Source: Octopus vulgaris
Taxonomy: Eukaryota
Length of the DNA stretch: 64,000 nt
Assembly: GCA_951406725.2 (NCBI GenBank)
Contig: OX597817.1
Span: forward strand, 66,402,001 to 66,466,000
Reading direction: 5' to 3'
Shown: one piece after another, positions 54,325 through 64,000 of the stretch
Numbering within the stretch: position 1 is the stretch's first letter
How the letters are laid out: each line of letters starts with the position of its first letter
The notes under the pieces: generated by a model
Told to the model about the DNA's origin: nothing
The model's input: only the letters and a program-made list of their open reading frames with translations
The model's database searches: none
Position numbers and translations under genes: made by a program

Positions 54325-54908
54325 ACCATCGTCTTTTGTCAGAGCTGGGAAACAGCTAACCCCAGCCAGAAAAACATTGGTGGGCATCCTAACATCTGCA
54401 AGAGACAGGCAGCTATTGGTGGATCTTGAGCATCAGCTGAAGTTCCCTGGCCACATTGTGGTCACCACCCTGCGACCAGACACTGTCCTCGTGTCTGAGT
54501 CCACCAAGCAAGTGGTGCTGCTGGAGCTGACTGTCCCATGGGAAGATCACCTGGAAGAAGCTTTTGAGAGAAAGCTCTTCAAGTACACGGGTTTGGTTGG
54601 AGAGCACGGAATCTCCCACTGGAGGTTGGATGCAGGGGTTTCTCAGCCTGTTCCCTTCAAGAGTTTGGACATCGAGGGAGTGAGAAGGAGGAAGGCCATC
54701 CGCAGTACCACTGATGCAGCAGAGAGAGCCTCACGATGGCTGTGGATCAAAAGAGGAGAGCTATGGGGTAGCTAGTTGGTCATCTGGACACAAGCTGGGG
54801 TCTGATCAGCCCCAGCTGGGTCACCTGGAGGAGGGTGTATGATGTTGAAAGACCCGAAAGACCCAATGATGCCAGGCACATCACTGAAGATATGTCCAGA
54901 TGCATCAG
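54325..54908 (+). mobile_element. 3' fragment of an RLE-type (HERO-like) non-LTR retrotransposon
   Basis: Restriction-like endonuclease motifs TTLRPDTVLVS, VVLLELTVPWED, EEAFERKLFKY, (shifted frame) LPLEVGCRGF and AAERASRWLWIKR, followed by a GC-rich structured 3' UTR. Confidence 0.8.
54781..54902 (+). ncRNA. Candidate non-circularly permuted hammerhead-like ribozyme (copy 2) in the HERO-like 3' UTR
   Basis: CAUCUGGACACA|9-bp hairpin|GGGUC|A|CCUGG|AGGA|GGGUGU-A|UGAUGU|UGAAA|GACCC|GAAA-GACCC|AAUGAUG|CCAGG|C|ACAUCA|CUGAAGA|UAUGUCCAGAUG. Same helix order as 13157-13242. Confidence 0.6.
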
Positions 54909-57223
54909 TCATTCATGTATGCATACAACACTTTATATTGTGTATACCATAAAAGGCACTCCTCCTACATTTATTGAGCAATTAAATTGTAAACCTACCA
55001 TGCTAACAATTCATAATAAAAATATATGAATTTATAGACCTATTCAACATATACTGGTTAAGGAAAAATGATATCCTTAGTTTGAATATACTACCTCTAA
55101 GTAACAGCATTTATGTTAGTGGAAAACAATGATTTTAGAACAAAGAGAAAATTGTTTGTAGAATGCAATCTTCATGCACAATGGCACCAGGCCAACTATT
55201 GACATTAGAAATAAATATTTCTGTCTAAGGTTGGCATACTGACATATTGAATAAGCACTTCATAATTGAAATTCAGTTCCCAAATGAATAGATTTGTTTT
55301 ATTTCAAATTTTATTGTTATGTTCAGATTTGTATTATTTTTTAGTTAAAAGTCCTGATTTTGGCTTCAATTCAGCCATGTTTGACTTAGTTATGAAATAC
55401 TAAAATGATATCTATATTATTAATACTTTAAGCATTTATTTATTTATGTTTCCACTTTAGTTCAAATAGTAGATAAATAAAGCTTTATTTTAATTTTCTA
55501 TTTTAGTAACCATCATCAGAGATAAAAAAAAATTGCTAAGAAGTTCTGTGTGAGATAATTTTGAAAATGGTGCTAGTATAATAAAGTACATTAAGTGACT
55601 ACGCTTGAAGTAGTCCTGCTGAGAATAGATTCTCATTGAAAAAGAAAAACAACCCTGAGACTGTATTAATGCTTGTAAAGGGTTTATCTAACCTACTGAT
55701 GGAATGAGTCAAGTTTTATATTGGTATTGTAATAACTGTCACATTTTCAACACAGGTTCAAAATACAACAGCCACCTCTGTCATGATATCATTCAATATA
55801 TAATACTTAAATACCTAGCTCATCTCAGCTTAATCTATCAAGCTAATGAGGAAGCCGCTACATGATTACTCAAGCTGCTAGAAATAACGACCAAAAGCCC
55901 CTCAAATCACACACTACCATCTTAGAAAAAGATAGATACTTTGGATAAAGTAGTTCTAAAGTTTAAAAAGATGACTCATTGGTCGTGAATTGAACATTTT
56001 GGAATATAGGAATGACCTGGAGCTAAACAACAACACAGTCTATTTCCCAGGTTCAGATCACACATTAAGAGAATCAAGGTTAATTAGGCATTTTGTGAAT
56101 CAGTGATAATCTGTTACATCACTACCTTATGGCTAACTGCTAAAACATCATGTTTATGATAAATGTTTTACATAGACAACTTTGTTTAGTCTATTTACAA
56201 CAAAAGAATGAAATATTATTTATTCACTGCATGGTTATGTCAAATAATATTAAAAATAATTCAATGACTTCCATTTAAAAGTAAAGTTCTTTGGTAAAGT
56301 CCTATACCTGTTACAAAGTATTTACTTTGTGAACAAACAGCATTGTTGTTTACAATTTTCCAAATGCCATGAAAAGGAAGTATCTATGAAACTTAAGTAG
56401 AACACATATTTTCATTTCAAAGCATCAGTTTAGTGGTTTTCTGCACAACAAAATTCCACACAGAAGGTAAGCTCCAACACAGTGAGTTTGAACCCAAAAC
56501 AGCATGTTAACTACACAGCCATGCATGCATCAATAGTTGAGAAGTTATTCATTTTTTTCATAACCTAAATAATTTATATATCATGGGACCCACATCAAAG
56601 AGCCATCAATAATTTGTCTTAGAGAATGTTTTTACAGATAATTATTCTAGCTACTTAAATAGTTTCGAATGACCTTTAATCAATTCTTGATATCAATCTG
56701 TTTAAAATAACCTTTTATAAAAGAGAGAATAATATGAAAGGTACAGTCAGACATAATTGAAAAAGGTGACAGCAACATTATTATCAGTCACAATATTAAG
56801 AAAATCAATGAGCTAATTTTTTTTTTCATAAATACTTATATTTGTAAATGTCAAAAATCAAAATGATGGGAAGCAAGGCAACTGGTAAAAATTGATGATG
56901 AGAGTTTGATTTATGATGTTTTAGATGTTCCCTTATTAAACTACATTTCTGAAACACTGAAATGTTATATCTGAACAGCAGTTGTCTCTGATCACAGGAT
57001 ATTTCAAAGATTTAAATAACAGTAATTTAAGATCAATTACTCTAATTATTAATTTGAAATATTTCACTGGAATATAAGATTACACTTCAGATTTATAGAA
57101 CAGAGACAAAGGAGAAACAGAACAGAATTTTAACGGACAACTCTTGACTGATTGTAAAGGATTAACATATCCAAAATTTCACTGGTTTAATCCACAACTC
57201 ATTCAAGTTAATTTATAGAATGA

Positions 57224-57271
<48 letters not shown>

Positions 57272-57402
57272 AGGTATATTTTCACACATGTATAAGTATA
57301 TTTTCAACAGGTGTCGCTATTAAGTTAGATATGGCCTAGGCCTATATTAACTGAAACCTTTCTAAGTTATATAAGGCAAATACACTCATATGCATGTACA
57401 TA

Positions 57403-58464
57403 CAAGGGTTGAACAAAATAATGGAAGCATCCTAAAATTTCAAACAAATTTATTTTAATATGGGGTAGGACCACCTTTGGCAGTAATTACAACTTGAATT
57501 CTAAGAAGTATGGACTTGTACAAAGTCTGAATTGTTTCCAAAGCAATTTTTGTCTATTCTTCAGCTAAAACAGTCTCCAGTTACTGTAGTGATGATGGTG
57601 GAAGATTTCGACTCCTTACTTGTTTTTATAAAATGCACCATAAATGTTTGATAATATTGGGATCTGGGGACTGTGGTAGCCACATAAGATGTTCAACTTC
57701 AGTAGAATGTTCCTTGTGCCATTCAATAACAACTTTAGCTGTGTGAATTGGTGCATTATCATCCTGAAAGATTGTGTTTCCCTCCAGAAACAGTTCCACA
57801 ACCATAGGATGAATTTGATCATATAAAATGCTTAAATAGTCTTGACTATTAATTCTGCTATGAAGGGAAACTATTGGGCCAGCAGATTTCCAAGATATAG
57901 CCCCTCCAGATCATCACAGATCCTCCTTCATGTTTAACAGTTGGAAGAAGGCAATCTGGGTCAAATGCTTCTTTTGGCTGTCTCCACATGTATACTTGGC
58001 CGGTGGTCAAAAATAAGGTAATGGATGACTCATCTGAGAAAATAGCATTCTTCAACTGCTCTAGGGGCAAATTCTGTAGGTTTTTACTCAACTCTAAACA
58101 CTTTGCAGCGTTTGTTTTTGAAAGTAGTGGTTTTCTGATTGCAGCCCGCCTCTGAAATCTGGCTTTGTGCAGCACTTGGCAAACAATTTTTGTGGAAACT
58201 GGGTTCTTGAGGTGGTCATTAAGCTCTGCAGTAACCAACAATTTGACCTCTTTGAAAGTCTGATAGATCTGTCATTTTAATGAATTTTAATTACCTTTTT
58301 CTGATGATATCCGGAAAGAAAAGCAATTTTAGCAAAACATATTAAGCAACATTAATAATAAATCAAAAATACATAAAAATAAAGAAGCTTTTGATGGTTT
58401 TATAGATATTTCAAAATTATGATGCTATGATGCAAGGTATTTCCATTATTTTGTCCAACCCCTG
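57403..58464 (-). mobile_element. Tc1-family DNA transposon, internally deleted and frameshifted
   Basis: TA-flanked TIRs CAAGGGTTGAACAAAATAATGGAA / TTCCATTATTTTGTCCAACCCCTG. Transposase remnants RKPLLSK, IFSDES, PTVKHEGGSVMIW, FQDDNAPIHTA and WLPQSPDPNII. Confidence 0.9.
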
Positions 58465-58984
58465 TATAGCCATAATATAAATAAACACACATACATACGA
58501 TAATAGTTTATGAGTATATATATATAAAAAGGAAATGATGCATTTCTGAATGGCTATACAATTCAAATTTGACTACACACTAATATACAGGAATAAATAA
58601 ATTTGATACAATAGGATTTTATGGCTACTGACACTTTGGTCAAGAGTTTATATTGACTATGTAAACCAATTGTAATTTAAACAGATAATGGTTTTATTTT
58701 TATTTATTTCTATTACATATTTATTACTATGTTTTTATTTTATTTTTGCGATTATAATACATCTTTATTTCTATCTGGCAATACTTTTTTATTGTATTAT
58801 TTTTTATATTTTTAATTATTTTTACCTTTATGCTTATTTTTATACATTTATATTTTTTGTTTATTTGAATGATATTCTTAGCATATTCATACACTCTATA
58901 TATAAGATATTTCCTTCCTTCCCTAGTATATTAACTTAATCCCTTTCATAAGTTTGTAACCTTCATTTCTTTTAAAAGAACCAA

Positions 58985-59111
58985 AAAAACCCTGAAGAGA
59001 TTCTACGCTACATTTTTCAAAATGATAATTAATTCTCATCATTGGATTTAATCCAACTCATGAAATTATGTATTTATCTATAAGCTGGAATCGAAACGTA
59101 CATAGGTTTTT
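58985..59111 (+). ncRNA. Type I hammerhead motif with a long loop-II insertion, in a (TA)n-flanked PLE-like remnant (about 58525-59195)
   Basis: AAAAACC-CUGAAGA-GAUUCUA(C)GCU..73 nt..AGCUGGAAUC-GAAA-CGUACA-UA-GGUUUUU. 7-bp stem I, 10-bp stem II and near-palindromic stem III. Confidence 0.7.
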
Positions 59112-59189
59112 AAAAAATTTATTTGTAGTCAGTTTTTTCCTTGGAACTATTTTAATAAATTAATTTAAATCTTTACCAACTCTCTATTT

Positions 59190-59247
<58 letters not shown>

Positions 59248-59464
59248 CCAATTTATATTTCTGTATGTTATAGTTTAATAATTACTGGTATCAATATATT
59301 TATATATGTAAAGCATAACATGTTATACATGTATGTATATTCTTGTAATTGTCATTTTAGTAAATAAATAAGTTGACACAATAAAATGTCTAAAAGTTGA
59401 TGAACCACCTATTGATCACCTCCATCTTCTTATTGGTCTCTCTCTCTCTTTCTCTCTCTCACTC

Positions 59465-59524
<60 letters not shown>

Positions 59525-59528
<4 letters not shown>

Positions 59529-60365
59529 GTCTGATCAATAAGTATCTAGACTGTTGCCATAGTAACTTAGTAACAAAGCTAAAGCACACAGAATGAAGCT
59601 GCTTTGCAAAGATTGACTATGAATTCTACTGTGCATGTGCACTTAGTTTTAACTTTTTAACTTACTTCCACTGTTTACAGCAGTGCTTGGAAGGAAGGTG
59701 TGTAGCATGTGATTGATGCATTGACTATGACAAAGAAAATTGCCATGGCAATATCTGCTCAGGGGCTTATGCAAAGTTGCAGAAAGGGTATGGAGAGGAG
59801 TGTATGAGCTGCACACAAGTGTATGAGTGGTTCAGACGTTTCTAAGATGGCTGAAAAAATGTCGATATTAACGAACATTCTAGGAGACCCACAACCAGCA
59901 GAACTGATAAAAACATTGCAGATGTGCATGCAGCTATGAGAGAAAGTCATTGAATCACCATCTGTGAGTTATCAGAGGATGTGCAGATTAGTTACGGTTC
60001 AGTTACTTTCAGCTGACCAAAAAGACACTCGGGTTTCAGTTGCACAAGATTTCCTTGATTGTGTTGAGAATGGTGAAAACTTTTTGAAACCTTTGTGTAG
60101 GCTTCTGAGCAGGTATTGCCAAGCTTTTGGCAAAATTTGATGCAGATTCTCTGCTCAGTTTTCTCTGTCATGGTCAAAGCAATGATCACATGCTTACACA
60201 CCTTCATTCCAAACACTTCTGTAAACAGCAAAGTGAGCTAGAACATTAAAACTTAGTGAGCATGCACTGCAGAGTACCAGGTAGATCTGTGCCAAGCAGC
60301 TTCACTCTGTGTGTTTTAGCTTCATTACTATGGCAACAGTCCAGGTACTTATTGATCAGACCATG
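59525..60365. mobile_element. Non-autonomous mariner derivative made of two inverted 5' ends
   Basis: TA-flanked TIRs GGTCTGATCAATAAGTA..GACTGTTGCCATAGTAA extended to inverted arms of about 220 bp. Mariner N-terminal HTH remnants on both strands (MTEKTEQRICIKFCQKLGNT; YGEECMSCTQVYEWFRRF). Confidence 0.85.
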
Positions 60366-60406
60366 TATATATATGTATGTGCACACACACACACACACAC
60401 ACATAA

Positions 60407-60549
60407 TTATTAGCTTACAGCTGTTTCTGCTATAAGATGTAATGCACTTCACTTCATGTTTGAAGCTACAATGAAGCTATTTACTGATACTTGAACATTC
60501 AACTATGAGTGCATTGCATATTATAGCAGAAATGGCTGTAAGCTAATAA
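60407..60549. mobile_element. PLE-like inverted-repeat remnant with a decayed hammerhead motif
   Basis: 42-bp inverted repeat (60407-60448 / 60508-60549). Plus strand 60464-60544 reads AGCU-ACAAUGA-A-GCUAU..AUAGC-A-GAAA-UGGCUG-UA-AGCU. Confidence 0.55.
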
Positions 60550-60689
60550 AGTTCATAACAATTGTTTATTCCTTTGTCATTTTGATTTGTTATTACTGCT
60601 CTGTACTCAACTGATGTTTCATTCTAAAGCATATGTATATCAAGTTCTAACACCAGGTTATTAGCATTATATGCCTAAGCAAAATATCA

Positions 60690-60867
60690 AAATACACACA
60701 CACACACATATATACAAACAAACACATGTAGATATACATACAAACATATGTGTGTGTGTGTGTGTGTATATATATATTATATATATATTTATGTGCATAT
60801 ATATGTATATATATATATGTGTGTGTATATATATATATGTATATATATATATATGTATATATATGTA

Positions 60868-60906
<39 letters not shown>

Positions 60907-60938
60907 GTATGTATATATATATATATGTGTATATATAT

Positions 60939-60982
<44 letters not shown>

Positions 60983-60994
60983 TATATATATATG

Positions 60995-61070
<76 letters not shown>

Positions 61071-61076
61071 TATATG

Positions 61077-61122
<46 letters not shown>

Positions 61123-61200
61123 AATATACATATGTGTTTACATACACATACAGATATGTGCGTGTGTGTACATATACACATATACATATATATCTGTTAT
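60690..61200. repeat. Compound (TA)n/(TG)n/(CA)n microsatellite block
   Basis: Direct inspection. Confidence 0.9.
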
Positions 61201-62516
61201 ATGTACTAGAAGCAGTATTACATTAAAATAGTCAACTATGTATCATAATGTAAATATACTGTAACAGTCAAATGTAGTAGTAGTACTAGTAGTATGTATG
61301 TATGTAAACTAGTAATAAGGGGCTAGTAGTAGCAGTAATAATAGTTGTTGTTGCCTGACGATAGCAGAACAGTAAGTTGTAGAAGCAGTAGTAATTCTTT
61401 CATGGTCGTAGTGGTGTAAGATAAGAGGTGACGAAGGGAATGGGTGATGGTGAATAAAAGGAAGAGTAAGAGGTTGATTATGGAGGGGTCAATGTCCTAT
61501 TTCAGTTCACTTCCAACCGAGATATCAGCCAATCAGCTTTCAATACAGTGAAATATCGATCAAGTTATCACCATCCCGATCATCATCATCAATATCCTCA
61601 TCATCATCAGTAGGTGTTCTTCTCCCAGTGATTGAGAAGAGAATTTAAAGAGAGGCAGGTGTGGTGGTAAGAGCAGTAGTTGTAGGAAGAGGAGAAAATG
61701 TGTGTTTGTTTGTGTGTGCGCATGTAGTTGTAAATGGGGGAGGTGGTGGAGGGGGGAGGTGGAAATAGGTGTGTGTTTGTTGGCAGGAGGTGCATGTAGT
61801 GTCATTTACCTCTCTTCTGTATACATTGTACATTTAACCTTAAATATGTGTATGTGTGTGTTTTACTGTGTATCAAATCTTTTACCAATCTGTGTATTAC
61901 TGATTGCAAAATCGATTGACTGAATGGTTGTGTGTGTATGTATTTGTGTGTGTGCGTGTAATTGTGTGACTGTGTGCATGTATTTGTGTGTGTGTGCGCC
62001 TGCATCCTGTTGCCAATCCCTTACACAATGTGTTACAGATTGCAAAATCGATTGATTGAATGTTTATGTATGTGTATGTGTGTGTGTACATGTACTTGTG
62101 TGTATTTCGATGTATGCATGCACAAGAATACAATTAGATCTGAGGAGTTGTAGCCCTTATTTGTTGTTACACTTATCACAGATCAATGAAGTGTGAGAGA
62201 CAGGTAGAAAGAAAGTGAGAGAGAGGGGGGAGATAGGGAGAGGAAGTGGGAGGAGAGAGAGTGTGTGTGTATGTGCATACACACCAAATAAGAAAGAAAG
62301 AGGGGAAGAGACATTAGAAGCAAAAAAATAATAAGAAAGAGAGCATGTGTATGAATGCATATGTGCATGCATCACACACAAACGCATCCACAGACACACT
62401 ACATATAGGAAAGAGAATGAGTGAGAGAAAGTGAAAAAGGGGAAGAGAGAGAGATAGAAAATAAGTGAATGTGTGTATTTGTGTGGGTGCATATCTATTT
62501 ATATATATAAATAGGT

Positions 62517-62561
<45 letters not shown>

Positions 62562-63711
62562 TGTGCAGCAAATATTTGCAACTCGGTGCAGTTTTAATAC
62601 AATTCAATGACACAAAACAGGTGTGTGCATGCTGGTGATGGCACAACACCATAATATGTGCACATGTCAGTGTGTTGTTCATGCACACACAATATAATGC
62701 AGCTGTACACAGTGCTACTGAGCAGGATCCTTAACACACCCACCAATATACTTATATACAACTGTGTGCGCATGTGTGAACGCTGATATGCACTGCTACA
62801 CACAGTTCAATGTTTTCTATACAAATCAATAGGATCAACTCAGTGCACCAACGTCAGAAAATTTGCTTGTATGTATGTAAATATATATATGTGTGTTCAT
62901 GTATGAATGCATGTAAATGTACACACAAATGCATGTGTGTGTATGTGTACATATTTATATACATATGTATATAAGTATGGAAGTATCTATGTGTGGATGC
63001 ACCCACATATATACAGATACACACACACAATTGTGCTTGTCAGAAATTAGGTGATCCTACATTGGCATCAACAGAATCATCAGGTGTGGCTGTGCTCACG
63101 TGAATTTTTATGTATTTTCATAAATTTCATAAAAACCTAGTTGTTCACAAAACCATCACAATGCTTTTTGAAAATGAAGCATATCATTTATAACTCCAGA
63201 AACTCTTCCACTTTCTCTCTCTAAATATCTTATTCTATCTTTTTCTCACCTTCACAACGCTTACCTTTTTTTCATTTTCACTATCACTCTCTAAATTATA
63301 TACTTTACCTACCTATTATTTATGAAGTGTATATAGGAAGGAGTTAACACATAGGAAGAGGCATTGAATTAGTTCTCGTGAAATTATGTGAGATGCTATT
63401 CATTATGAGATGCTATTTTTGTTTGTTTTATAATTGCTGTTGCTTTATACGAACCTCTATACAGGGAACCTCTATACAGCTGTTTAACCTGCTTGAAACA
63501 GCAGCCAAATATTGTTCATATCACACACTGCATCATGAACAAAAAATGGAAGAGCACTACTGAACAACAAAGTTCCCAATATAGGGTGAGAAGGGCATGG
63601 CTGGTATGATTTTAATAACAGACCTGCTCAATCATAGATGATCCTTTATAAAAAACAACAGTTAGGTTAGATGATGATCTTAACATTTACCATATAAAAA
63701 CTATCTTAATA

Positions 63712-63930
63712 TCGATTTCAAATTTTGGTACAAGGCCAGCAATTTCAGGGGAGCTGGGTAAGTCAATTACATTGACTTCAGTGTTCAACTGGTTTTTATT
63801 TTATTGACCCTGAAAGGATGAAAGGCAAAGGCGACCTTAGTGGAATTTGAATTCAGAACATAAAGGTAGACAAAATACTACTAAACATTTTGCTTGGTGT
63901 TCTAACTTTTCTGCCAGCTCACCACCTTAA
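63712..63930 (-). mobile_element. SINE (family B)
   Basis: Reverse-complement similarity to 33253-33462. Confidence 0.7.
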
Positions 63931-64000
63931 ACTGTCCTAATATTGAAAACACTTTATCTTTACGTTCTGAGTTCAAATTCCACTGAGGTCAACTTTGCCT

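Noticed and set aside
12309-60549. Hypothesis that intact ribozymes are always antisense to the host pre-mRNA
   Set aside because: Numbers are small, and the intact-core motif at 13157-13242 is on the sense strand.
61320-61840. Possible upstream exon of the ZNF704-like gene
   Set aside because: Low-complexity ORFs with no family motif and no convincing phase-0 donor.

Overview
This is AT-rich, CpG-depleted, microsatellite-dense animal genomic DNA. The SINE and microsatellite landscape looks like an octopus or other coleoid cephalopod (inference). One host gene is visible, on the minus strand: a ZNF704/ZNF395/SLC2A4RG (Glut4EF)-family transcription factor. Its four phase-compatible coding exons are 48769-48869 (C2H2 finger), 11987-12308, 10381-10542 and 8576-8806 (C-clamp and stop). 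It has a 36.5-kb intron, and its 5' exons were not identified. The rest is transposon debris: a 5'-truncated CR1 LINE with an open 500-aa RT frame, RTE and L2-like fragments, a HERO-like RLE retrotransposon 3' end, Tc1 and mariner relics, a hAT MITE, tRNA-derived SINEs and Penelope-like (PLE) remnants sitting in (TA)n tracts. The unexplained signal is RNA structure. Several PLE-type remnants carry type I hammerhead ribozyme motifs. Two unrelated elements (13157-13242 minus; 54781-54902 plus) independently fold into the same pseudoknotted, non-circularly permuted hammerhead-like architecture, with core order NUH, GAAA, CUGANGA and almost entirely different but still-pairing helix sequences. All folds were read by eye and none has been computed or tested.
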